A DNA stretch of 64,000 bases from Dudresnaya verticillata (lineage: Eukaryota), in contig OZ374561.1 in assembly GCA_977862235.1 (NCBI GenBank), forward strand, positions 1,240,001 to 1,304,000, given 5' to 3'. Both the position numbers and the translations under genes were made by a program. Position 1 is the first letter of the stretch. Every line of letters starts with the position of its first letter. Shown here one piece after another: positions 34,214 to 46,700 of the stretch. The notes beneath the pieces are model-generated. The model was not told where the DNA came from. It saw only the letters and a program-made list of their open reading frames with translations, and ran no database searches.

Positions 34214-37183
34214 TGAAAAGGAAATTGGAGAGGTTGGAGTTGAACAAGATGAGAAATGGAAGTCGCTTGACTTCGTTTACTGCAGTCTACCATCCGACAT
34301 GGCTTATATCAGCTTTTCGGATGAGTTGCTGCGTGAACAGAAACAAAAGAAATCATTAAAGAAACGCCCAAAATCCCTATCATCAAATGGGCGGGAAAAA
34401 GTAAAGCAATCAAATCTACCAAATCATACTCTCAGCACACTCACATCCGCTACCAAAATGGGCGGGAACTTGCACACCAGTGTTGCTAACTGCTGACATC
34501 AGCAATCCCTCTTGCGACCGCATTTCCTGCCATCCATATGTACTCCAACTTTGGGCGGGAACGTGAAAGTATCGAGTGTCCCCGCATGGCTGCTGTCGGA
34601 CAACGCTGCACACCACGTGGCCGCACTTACCAGCTCAAGTCCGTCCAAGAATATCCAACTTGGATCATTGACCACGTAATCACCCAGACTTGCCTACGTG
34701 GCAGCTGTAAACCAACGTGTCGGCCGCACGAAAGCTACGTGATAACTGTAAAACAACGTGTCGGCCGCACGACAGCTACGTGCCAACTGTAAACCAACGT
34801 GTCGGCCGCACGACAACTGCATCTGCTGATATCACAAGTCAGGCTCCGCGTAGCGCAAGTCCCTGCAGTACCAACTCGGACGCCATCAGCACATTGCATG
34901 GCACGTTCATATGTACTTGTGGAGTACAGTGCGCGTCATACCAGTACCATTCCATGCCATACCACGTGCATCCATGTGGTCCAATCAGATCGTTCCACTT
35001 GGCCGTTCCTGTTATAACCGCCAATTCCAGCACAACACTTGTAAGCCATATAGACCATGGAGGCGGTTTGGAACAACCAATCAGAAGCCCGTTTCACGTT
35101 GCTTTTGCAAAAGGCCTAAATGCGCCGTGATTTTGGAAGCCCGGAAAAAGGGCTGTCGTCTCCGGAAGGTTTGGTGAAAGCGTGCCAGGGTACCATCTGG
35201 GGTACCTGACCCGTGACGTGAGGCGCCAGCGACCATGTCCTCAACACTCCTCCTCGATGGCTCCTCCAAGTCCAACCCTTGGTAGAATCCTATTGAGCAA
35301 AGTGGGCCCGAGTGGCTTTGTCAGCAAGTCCGCGTCGTTGTCTTCTGACGGCACATACACCACTTCCAGAACAGAGTCGGCGACAAGTTCGCGAATGAAG
35401 TGTACACGAACGTCGATGTGCTTGGCACGACCAGATGGACAGCGTTCTCCAGTAGCCCAATTGATGGCAGACTGGTTGTCTGATCTCAATGGAACCGGGC
35501 CTTCGACGTTCAAGTCGGCCTCCTTCAGCACTCGCGTGACCCAAACCGTCTCTTTCGCAGCCAGAGTCATTGCATAGTACTCCGACTCGCAAGTTGAGAG
35601 AGCAACAGTTGACTGCTTCTTGGATCCCCAAATACACACTGCATCTCCCAGTTTCACCATGTAACCAGACATAGATTTTCGGTCTGTGGTGTCACCGGCA
35701 TAGTCAGCGTCCACATAAGCTTGGATACGAATGCTTCCGGACTGGTACGTAACTCCATGCTTGTGAGTCCCTCGGAGATATCGCAGAACCCTCTTTGCAC
35801 CGCGGTGACAGTACGCAGTTGGAGCCTTCTGGAACCGTGCGAGAATAAGCACAGAGGCCAAAAGGTCCAGCCTTGTGCGAAGCCCCAAATATAGAAGTGA
35901 CCCGATCATCTGCTGGTACGTCTCAACCGACACGACGGCCTTGTCCTCCTCGGCGGCAAGTCCAGTGAAGAAAGACTCAACCATCGGCGTACAAGCCGGC
36001 TTAGAGTTCTGAAGTCCAAATCGACGAAGAACACTTTCCGTGTAGACCTGTTGAGTCATCCTGAGAGACACAAATCTGTCATCAGAGTCTAGCTCCCATC
36101 CAAGCTCGACTCCGAGGAAGAGGTCAACCCCTTCAGACAGCCGTAGATCGTAGAGGCCCTGCAGCTCCTTAACAATGGCGTCTCTCTCCGCCTTTGTGGG
36201 CGCGAGGATGAGCAAGTCATCAACGTACACCAAGATGTATGCGTATCCAGAAGACTTGGATTTGCGACGAAACACGCAAGGCGCACTTGGCAATTCCTCA
36301 AACATCATCCTAGCAAGGTCACCACACAGCTTGGTGTGCCAAGCTAGGTGAGCCTGTTTTAGCCCATACATAGCTTTCAGAAGTTTGTAACAGAGAGATT
36401 CCCTTCCAGGAATCCCACGTGGTGACATTACCCACACGTGTTCTGTCAGATCACCATTCAGGAAAGCCGTCTTCACGTCTAGCTGTGCAACAAACAGGTT
36501 CAAACACAGTACCAAGTATAGGAACATGCGCACCAGCGAGAACGACACAACTGGGGCGTACGTTTCCATGTAGTCTTCACCATACGTCTGGAAGTTTCCA
36601 CCAGCGACGACCCGCGCTTTGAAGCGCTCGACGGTCCCGTCGGACTTGCGTTTAACTTTCAGCACGGCGTGCGTTGGAAGCGGCTGTGCACCGGGACTGT
36701 CATCACGGACCCAAGTGCCTTTGGATTCCAAGGATGCGAACTCATCATCAATGGCAGATTGCCACAACCCACGCTCCTCCGGAGTGGCAGACATGGCCTC
36801 TCGAAGAGTGGGCTCATCTCCCGTTGTGAGGGCAACCTGTTGTTCAGCTTGTGCAGAGCTTGCCATAAACCATTTCGACGTCTGGCGACGTTGGCGACGA
36901 GGATATCGACTCTGTTGCTGGCGTTCTGGATCTGAACTCACACCAGCCGGAGGATTGTCAGAGACGTTTTCTTCCTCAGCCGTGTCATCAGATTCGAATG
37001 AGCTGGGTTCTGATGGAGGTAGTGGAGCTGAAGAAGGTGTGTCAACTTCAATCGCATCCTCTTCATCCTCAAAGTTACCCAGCGTGTTCAGCGACACATC
37101 GTCATCAGAGTCCGAGATGAAAATAGAGGCCTCTGAGTTAGACTCGTAATCTTCATCCGAATCTGCCTCGCCCTGCCCATATT
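34214..37183 (-). mobile_element. Copia C: 3' LTR 34214-35246 plus RT/RNase H (35241-37183); inserted at the gag start of A, interrupted by D
   Basis: The LTR end follows GATGT (34209-34213). pol continues to ATATT (37179-37183). Confidence 0.93.
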
Positions 37184-38216
37184 TGTTGAGGACATGGTCG
37201 CTGGCGCCTCACGTCACGGGTCAGGCACCCCAGATGGCACCCTGGCACGCTGTCACCAAACCTTCCGGAGACGACAGCCCTTTTTCCGGGCTTCCAAAAT
37301 CACGGCGCATTTAGGCCTTTTGCAAAAGCAACGTGAAACGGGCTTCTGATTGGTTGTTACAAACCGCCTCCATGGTCTATATGGCTTACAAGTGTTGTGC
37401 TGGAATTGGCGGTTATAACAGGAACGGCCAAGTGGAACGATCTGATTGGACCACATGGATGCACGTGGTATGGCATGGAATGGTGTTGGTATGACTCGCA
37501 CTGTACTCCACAAGTACACATGAACGTGCCATGCAATGTGCTGATGGCGTCCGAGTTGGTACTGCAGGGACTTGCGCTACGTGGAGCCTGACTTGTGATA
37601 TCAGCAGATGCAGTCGTTGTGCGGCCGACACGTTGGTTTACAGTTGGCACGTAGCTGTCGTGCGGCCGACACGTTGGTTTACAGTTATCACGTAGCTGTC
37701 GTGCGGCCGATACGTTGGTTTACAGCTGCCACGTAGGCAAATCTGGGTGATTACGTGGTCAATGATCCAAGTTGGATATTCATGGACGGACTTGAGCTGG
37801 TAAGTGCGGCCACGTGGTGTGCAGTGTTGTCCGACAGCAGCCATGCGGGGACACTCGATACTTTCACGTTCCCGCCCAAAGTTGGAGTACATATGGATGG
37901 CAGGAAATGCGGTCGCAAGAGGGATTGCTGATGTCAGCAGTTAGCAACACTGGTGTGCAAGTTCCCGCCCATTTTGGTGGCGGATGTGAGTGTGCTGAGA
38001 GTATGATTTGGTAGATTTAATTGCTTTACTTTTTCCCGCCCATTTGATAATAGGGATTTTGGGCGTATCTTTAATGATTTGTTTTGTTTGTGTTCACGCA
38101 GCAACTCATCCGAAAAGCTGATATAAGCCATGTCGGATTGTCGACTGCAGTAAACGAAGTCAAGCGACTTCCATTTCTCATCTTGTTCAACTTCAACCTC
38201 TCCATATTCCTTTTCA

Positions 38217-38230
38217 GGTTATGGGCCCAG
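38217..38230 (+). other. Primer-binding site complementary to the anticodon stem-loop of initiator tRNA-Met (half-tRNA priming)
   Basis: GGTTATGGGCCCAG directly after the LTR CA; the complement CTGGGCCCATAACC contains the CAT anticodon. Same sequence at 32007, 33267, 44735, 54293 and 62287. Confidence 0.9.
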
Positions 38231-39152
38231 AAGGTCGACCTACGCAGACTTCATCGCTTCGCTGCAACCTTCTTCCTTTTTCTTTTCATTCTTGATACTG
38301 TCCGGTCCCGTCCTGGCCTGTCCTGTCTGCTTGTGTCCTGTCCTGTCGGCTTGTGTCCTGTCCTGTCTGCTTGTTGTCTGTTGAAAGTGGTCCCTATCCC
38401 ACTGTGTCGGCTTGTGTCTCTGATTTTGTGAGAGAGTTCTCGAGGCTCTCGTCCGCTGTTGTCTTGGTCCGTGAGCTTGCTGAGAGGTTGAGTGTTGTGC
38501 GTGGTGACTCTCGTTAAGTCAGGACCTCGTTGGCCTAGGGGAGCAGCCTCCAGTAAGATCCAGAACCTTGACACGGTTGGGCCTAGTTCCATTCCTGCAA
38601 GAGACTGGACCTGTTCGTGTGGTGAACACTCGTTTTGAGCTAGTACCCATAAGGTGGACGTCTCGTAAGGATTGCATACTTCGTGTCTGTGTGCGCACGA
38701 CACGAAAGGGCTGCTGAAAGACGCATTTCACCCGGAGAATCATATCCGGGGGCCAGGAGTCCGACTCCTAGGGGTGACTAGGTAGAACCTGGTGCCAGAA
38801 CATCCCGCGTCAAAAAGACGTTCAACTATCAAGAATCAACTTTTCAACTTCAAGTTTCAACTTTTCTTCTTCAGTCCAGGTGATCCCATCATCACCTGAG
38901 AGTTTCATTACTCCAAGCGTGGGAGCTACTTGGCAAAGTGTGCTCCGCTTGTGACTGTATTATATTACCGACGTGTTCGACACATTTCTCAGTTTCGTCG
39001 TCACGTCTTCGTTGTGTGAGCTGCACTGCTCTGCTTAACACGACTATTACCCTCTGGGCATCGACACTGTTGCACTAACAGCACTGCCCCAAGTTCACCA
39101 AGTTTTCTAAAACTATTCAAGTTATCTCTTCTCACCACCAGTCGCAACAGCG

Positions 39153-42100
39153 ATGACTGATACCGAAGCCGAGATGGATACTTCGAGCGGGGTCAAGATA
39201 CCCCGTTTCCACGGCAGGAGAGGTGACGACTACAGTCTCTGGCGTCATCGCCTTCGTGCCGCATGCCGCATCAAAGGGGTTTGGAATGTTGTCCACACCT
39301 CAAACGACACACCGAGCAGCTCACAGTCAACTGGAGAGGCCTCAGCGGATACTTCCATTCTTCACGCCAGAACCTTGGCCAAACGTGAGAAGGCTTGCGG
39401 GATCATTATCTCCGCACTTGGTGATGCTCCGCTTCGTGTCGTTATGGAGGTTGATGATGACCCCAAACGCATGCTGGAGCTATTGGACTCGCGCTATGCG
39501 TCCAGTCGAACCGTATCCCGTATCGCCGTACAGACCAAGCTATTCCGTATGACGTACACCGGTCAGAATATGTCCAGCTATGTCGACCAGTACACGTCAC
39601 TGTTCGCCCAACTCGACCGCATGGGCAACGACTCGGCGATACCGGAGACACATAAGGCACCTATGCTGCTTGCTTCCATTGATCCGTCCTGCCACCTGGA
39701 GTCAACAGCTGCAGCTCTTCGCACCAAAGATGCTGCTGAGCTGACTTGGGACTACGTCGCAACCACGCTGATCGATGAGTACAACGCCAAAGATTCTCAT
39801 GGATCAAACGCAGGTGGGAGATCCAGTAAGCCGAAGAGTCGTCGGAAGAAGAAAAAGAAGTCCGCGTCGTCAGGTTCTCGCCAGCAACACAACCCGCTGG
39901 ATGACAACGACGACTCCGATGACTCTTCTGATATTGAATCCACCGTCCGTGCGTTGGCGGTTGCACTCAAGTCCGCCAAGCAGGCTCACTCCACCCCGAA
40001 CCGGCACCTTCACTGTGATGTTTGCGACAAGGATGGACACACTACGGATCGATGCTATCTCAATCCGGAAAATCCTAACAACAAGCTTCCTCCAAAGGTG
40101 CGACAGATGTTCACCAACCAGGCAAAAAGGGCAACGCCAACTCGGCGGTAGCTGCATCTGGTAAGAACAATGGTAAATCTGCAAAGGTAGAAATCGCCGG
40201 TGCATCGGTTGAGATGACTACTGTTGTTCCTCCGAACGACCAAGGAACGTATGCCGACAGTGGAGCAACTGTGCATTGCTTCCACTCAATGACTTCTTTT
40301 GTACCGAGCTCAGTATCGCGCTGCGAAAAGCGTACTGTAGTGCTTGCGGACAAGTCGTCTGTCACCTCAGACCTATGTGGAGATGTGATTCTGCCGTTTG
40401 AGCATGCTAATATTCGGCTCAAGAAGGCCCTCTTCATCCCGCAGATGGGATACAATCTTGTCTCTACTGGGCGTTTGGCAGATAAAGGAATTGAATCCCA
40501 CTTTCGCCGCTTGGACGTGCGCTTGGTACTCGACTCTGATGGGTACTATATTGGATCCGGTGTTCGCGATGCGAGTTCTGGAATGTACATGCTACCAGAA
40601 CCCGAGCCGCACACTTCGGAGGAGCAAGTACTGGCTGTCCCCAGCACGCAGCAAACTACTGAGCTCTGGCATCGACGTCTTGCCCACATTAATTTTCGGG
40701 ACTTGGCCAAAGTGCACGAGCATGTTGAGGGTGTTCCGGAGTTGGGCTCCACTCATGAAGTGTGTCGGGCTTGTAGGCTTGGGAAAGCACACAAACAATC
40801 ATTCCCAGGGCACTTCCGCCCGGCCAAAGCTGTCGGTGATCTCGTGCATTCCGATATTGTTGGTCCAATCCAGATCTCCTTTCCCGATCGTTTCCGGTAT
40901 GCCACGACGTTTCTGGATGACAAATCCCGTTTCTTGGTCGTCGCATGTATGAGAAGTCGCCGTATGTTGAGTGCAGCATTTGATCAAGCTTCAGCAAAGT
41001 TTATCGAGCTTGGAGGAGCGGAAATAACAAAACTCCACTCAGACGGGGCTCAGGAGTATTTGGCTTTGCAGAAAGATTTGGGAGGAGTTGGAGACAGTGG
41101 CAAATCCTTCTCCCCACCTTATACTCCGGAGCTCAATGGAATCGCGGAAAGGGTGAACCGAACCATGGTGGAAGCTGCCCTGACTTTGCTGATCCAGGCT
41201 GATCTACCGGGATGTTTGTGGCCGTTTGCACTGAAGCATGTCAACTACGTGCGCAATCGGGTACCACACTCAACCGTTGGGGCTACGCCATACTCGGTCA
41301 TGACAGGTGATGTTCCTGATTTAAAACATTTAAGAGTGTTTGGATGTGCTGCATATGTCCTAAGGCTCCCACGCGGATCCAAGTTCGAGTCTCGTGCACT
41401 TGAGGGGGTGCACTTGGAGACTCTAGAGCATGGGATCTACAGGATATTGGTCACTGGCGGTGACGGTATACCTCGTGTTGTTGAGTCGCGGCATGTCACA
41501 TTCGACGAGTCCAAATTCCCGGGTGCTCCAAGCCTGTTGGAATATGGGCAGGACGAGGCAGATTCGGATGAAGATTACGAGTCTAACTCAGAGGCCTCTA
41601 TTTGCAACTCGGACTCTGATGACGATGTATCGCTGGGTAACTTTGAGGATGAAGAGGATGCAATTGAAGTTGACACACCTTCTTCAGCTCCACTACCTCC
41701 ATCAGAACCCAGCTCATTCGAATCTGATGACACGGCTGAGGAAGAAAACGTCTCTGACAATCCTCCGGCTGGTGTGAGTTCAGACCCAGAACGCCAGCAA
41801 CAGAGTCGATATCCTCGTCGCCAACGTCGCCAGACGTCGAAATGGTTTATGGCAAGCTCTGCACAAGCTGAACAACAGGTTGCCCTCACAACGGGAGATG
41901 AGCCCACTCTTCGAGAGGCCATGTCTGCCTCTCCGGAGGAGCGCGGGTTGTGGCAATCTGCCATTGATGATGAGTTCGCATCCTTGGAATCCAAAGGCAC
42001 TTGGGTCCGTGATGACAGTCCCGATGCACAGCCGCTTCCAACGCACGCCGTGCTGAAAGTTAAACGCAAGTCCGACGGGACGGTCGAGCGCTTCAAAGCG

Positions 42101-43331
42101 CGGGTCGTCGCTGGTGGAAACTTCCAGACGTATGGTGAAGACTACATGGAAACATACGCCCCAGTTGTGTCGTTCTCGCTGGTGCGCATGTTCCTATACT
42201 TGGTACTGTGTTTGAACCTGTTTGTTGCACAGCTAGACGTGAAGACGGCTTTCCTGAATGGTGATCTGGCCGAAAACGTGTGGGTAATGTCACCGCGTGG
42301 GATTCCTGGAAGGGAATCTCTCTGTTACAAACTTCTGAAAGCTATGTATGGGCTAAAACAGGCTCACCTAGCTTGGCACACCAAGCTGTGTGGTGATCTT
42401 GCTAGGATGATGTTTGAGGAATTGCCAAGTGCACCTTGCGTGTTTCGTCGCAAATCCAAGTCTTCTGGATACGCATACATCTTGGTGTACGTTGATGACT
42501 TGCTCATCCTCGCGCCCACAAAGGCGGAGAGAGACGCCATTGTTAAGGAACTGCAGGGCCTCTACGATCTACGGCTGTCTGAAGGGGTTGACCTCTTCCT
42601 CGGAGTCGAGCTTGGATGGAAGCTAGACTCTGATGGCAGATTTGTGTCCCTCAAGATGACTCAACAGGTCTACACGGAAAGTGTTCTTCGTCGATTTGGA
42701 CTTCAGAACTCTAAGCCGGCTTGTACGCCGATGGTTGAGTCTTTCTTCACTGGACTTGCCGCCGAAGAGGACAAGGCCGTCGTGTCGGTTGAGACGTACC
42801 AGCAGATGATCGGGTCACTTCTGTACTTGGGGCTTCGCACAAGGCTGGACATTTTGGCCTCTGTGCTTATTCTCGCACGGTTCCAGAAGGCTCCAACTGC
42901 GTACTGTCACCGCGGTGCAAAGAGGGTTCTGCGATATCTCCGAGGCACTCACAAGCATGGAGTTACGTACCAGTCCGGAACCACTCGTATCCAAGCTTAT
43001 GTGGACGCTGACTATGCCGGTGACACCACAGACCGAAAATCTATGTCTGGTTACATGGTGAAACTGGGAGATGCAGTGTGTATTTGGGGATCCAAGAAGC
43101 AGTCAACTGTTGCTCTCTCAACTTGCGAGTCGGAGTACTATGCAATGACTCTGGCTGCGAAAGAGACGGTTTGGGTCACGCGAGTGCTGAAGGAGGCCGA
43201 CTTGAACGTCGAAGGCCCCGTTCCATTGAGATCAGACAACCAGTCTGCCATCAATTGGGCTACTGGAGAACGCTGTCCGTCTGGTCGTGCCAAGCATATC
43301 GACGTTCGTGTTCACTTCATTCGCGAACTTG
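39153..43331 (+). pseudogene. gag-pol: Copia gag-pol of D, 1-bp deletion at about 40121 and truncated RNase H
   Basis: CDVCDKDGHTTDRC knuckle, YADSGAT protease, WHRRLAH..CRAC, integrase D-D-E (SDIVG, HSDGA, IAER), YVDD. CCAGGCAAA here versus CCAGGGCAAA in F, G and J. Confidence 0.93.
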
Positions 43332-43769
43332 CACAACAACTGCATCTGCTGATATCACAAGTCAGGCTCCACGTAGCGCAAGTCCCTGCAGTACCAACTC
43401 GGACGCCATCAGCACATTGCATGGCACGTTCATGTGTACTTGTGGAGTACAGTGCGAGTCATACCAACACCATTCCATGCCATACCACGTGCATCCATGT
43501 GGTCCAATCAGATCGTTCCACTTGGCCGTTCCTGTTATAACCGCCAATTCCAGCACAACACTTGTAAGCCATATAGACCATGGAGGCGGTTTGTAACAAC
43601 CAATCAGAAGCCCGTTTCACGTTGCTTTTGCAAAAGGCCTAAATGCGCCGTGATTTTGGAAGCCCGGAAAAAGGGCTGTCGTCTCCGGAAGGTTTGGTGA
43701 AAGCGTGCCAGGGTACCATCTGGGGTACCTGACCCGTGACGTGAGGCGCCAGCGACCATGTCCTCAACA
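43331..43769 (-). mobile_element. Copia E: remnant (first 439 bp) of an LTR inserted antiparallel into the next LTR
   Basis: Ends CCTCAACA at 43769 and is followed by GTCAC, at about position 69 of a + LTR. The left edge is a deletion junction. Confidence 0.88.
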
Positions 43770-46700
43770 GTCACCAAACCTTCCGGAGACGACAGCCCTT
43801 TTTCCGGGCTTCCAAAATCACGGCGCATTTAGGCCTTTTGCAAAAGCAACGTGAAACGGGCTTCTGATTGGTTGTTACAAACCGCCTCCATGGTCTATAT
43901 GGCTTACAAGTGTTGTGCTGGAATTGGCGGTTATAACAGGAACGGCCAAGTGGAACGATCTGATTGGACCACATGGATGCACGTGGTATGGCATGGAATG
44001 GTACTGGTATGACGCGCACTGTACTCCACAAGTACATATGAACGTGCCATGCAATGTGCTGATGGCGTCTGAGTTGGTACTGCAGGGACTTGCGCTACGT
44101 GGAGCCTGGCTTGTGATATCAGCAGATGCAGTTGTCGTGCGGCCGACACGTCGGTTTACAGTTGCCACGTAGCTGTCGTGCGGCCGACACGTTGGTTTAC
44201 AGTTATCACGTAGCTGTCGTGCGGCCGACACGTTGGTTTACAGCTGCCACGTAGGCAAATCTGGGTGATTACGTGGTCAATGATCCAAGTTGGATATTCA
44301 TGGACGGACTTGAGCTGGTAAGTGCGGCCACGTGGTGTGCAGCGTTGTCCGACAGCAGCCATGCGGGGACACTCGATACTTTCACGTTCCCGCCCAAAGT
44401 TGGAGTACATATGGATGGCAGGAAATGCGGTCGCAAGAGGGATTGCTGATGTCAGCAGTTAGCAACACTGGTGTGCAAGTTCCCGCCCATTTTGGTGGCG
44501 GATGTGAGTGTGCTGAGAGTATGATTTGGTAGATTTAATTGCTTTACTTTTTCCCGCCCATTTGATGATAGGGATTTTGGGCGTATCTTTAATGATTTGT
44601 TTTGTTTGTGTTCACGCAGCAACTCATCCGAAAAGCTGATATAAGCCATGTCGGATGGTCGACTGCAGTAAACGAAGTCAAGCGACTTCTATTTCTCATC
44701 TTGTTCAACTCCAACCTCTCCATATTCCTTTTCAGGTTATGGGCCCAGAAGGTCGACCTACGCAGACTTCATCGCTTCGCTGCAACCTTCTTCCTTTTTC
44801 TTTTCATTCTTGATACTGTCCGGTCCCGTCCTGGCCTGTCCTGTCTGCTTGTGTCCTGTCCTGTCGGCTTGTGTCCTGTCCTGTCTGCTTGTTGTCTGTT
44901 GAAAGTGGTCCCTATCCCACTGTGTCGGCTTGTGTCTCTGATTTTGTGAGAGAGTTCTCGAGGCTCTCGTCCGCTGTTGTCTTGGTCCGTGAGCTTGCTG
45001 AGAGGTTGAGTGTTGTGCGTGGTGACTCTCGTTAAGTCAGGACCTCGTTGGCCTAGGGGAGCAGCCTCCAGTAAGATCCAGAACCTTGACACGGTTGGGC
45101 CTAGTTCCATTCCTGCAAGAGACTGGACCTTTTCGTGTGGTGACCACTCGTTTTGAGTTAGTACCCATAAGGTGGACGTCTCGTAAGGATTGCATACTTC
45201 GTGTCTGTGTGCGCACGACACGAAAGGGCTGCTGAAAGACGCATTTCACCCGGAGAATCATATCCGGGGGCCAGGAGTCCGACTCCTAGGGGTGACTAGG
45301 TAGAACCTGGTGCCAGAACATCCCGCGTCAAAAAGACGTTCAACTATCAAGAATCAACTTTTCAACTTCAAGTTTCAACTTTTCTTCTTCAGTCCAGGTG
45401 ATCCCATCATCACCTGAGAGTTTCATTACTCCAAGCGTGGGAGCTACTTGGCAAAGTGTGCTCCGCTTGTGACTGTATTATATTACCGGCGTGTTCGACA
45501 CATTTCTCAGTTTCGTCGTCACGTCTTCGTTGTGTGAGCTGCACTGCTCTGCTTAACACGACTATTACCCTCTGGGCATCGACACTGTTGCACTAACAGC
45601 ACTGCCCCAAGTTCACCAAGTTTTCTAAAACTATTCAAGTTATCTCTTCTCACCATCAGTCCCAACAGCGATGACTGATGTTGTTTTAACTGATACCGAA
45701 GCCGAGATGGATACTTCGAGCGGGGTCAAGATACCCCGTTTCCACGGCAGGAGAGGTGACGACTACGGTCTCTGGCGTCATCGCCTTCGTGCCGCATGCC
45801 GCATCAAAGGGGTTTGGAATGTTGTCCACACCTCAAACGACACACCGAGCAGCTCACAGTCAACTGGAGAGGCCTCAGCGGATACTTCCATTCTTCACGC
45901 CAGAACCTTGGCCAAACGTGAGAAGGCTTGCGGGATCATTATCTCCGCACTTGGTGATGCTCCACTTCGTGTCGTTATGGAGGTTGATGATGACCCCAAA
46001 CGCATGCTGGAGCTATTGGACTCGCGGTATGCGTCCAGTCGAACCGTATCCCGTATCGCCGTACAGACCAAGCTATTCCGTATGACGTACACCGGTCAGA
46101 ATATGTCCAACTATGTCGACCAGTACACGTCACTGTTCGCCCAACTCGACCGCATGGGCAACGACTCGGCGATACCGGAGACACATAAGGCACCTATGCT
46201 GCTTGCTTCCATTGATCCGTCCTGCCACCTGGAGTCAACAGCTGCAGCTCTTCGCACCAAAGATGCTGCTGAGCTGACTTGGGACTACGTCGCAACCACG
46301 CTGATCGATGAGTACAACGCCAAAGATTGTCATGGATCAAACGCAGGTGGGAGATCCAGTAAGTCGAAGAGTCGTCGGAAGAAGAAAAAGAAGTCCGCGT
46401 CGTCAGGTTCTCGCCAGCAACACAACCCGCTGGATGACAACGACGACTCCGATGACTCTTCTGATATTGAATCCACCGTCCGTGCGTTGGCGGTTGCACT
46501 CAAGTCCGCCAAGCAGGCTCACTCCACCCCGAACCGGCACCTTCACTGTGATGTTTGCGACAAGGATGGACACACCGCGGATCGATGCTATCTCAATCCG
46601 GAAAATCCTAACAACAAGCTTCCTCCAAAGGTGCGACAGATGTTCACCAACCAGGGCAAAAAGGGCAACGCCAACTCGGCGGTAGCTGCATCTGGTAAGA

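Larger units (their letters stand above)
37184..43331 (+). mobile_element. Copia D: 5' LTR 37184-38216, PBS 38217-38230, gag-pol; 3' end deleted
   Basis: Full 1,033-bp LTR. pol stops at HFIREL and fuses to an inverted LTR fragment. Confidence 0.95.

Noticed and set aside
39016..39093. Possible leader intron (GTGAG...CTAAC...AG)
   Set aside because: Such short motifs arise by chance and cannot be supported without transcripts.
40110..40135. Programmed gag/pol frameshift in D
   Set aside because: F, G and J read through in one frame; D has a private 1-bp deletion.
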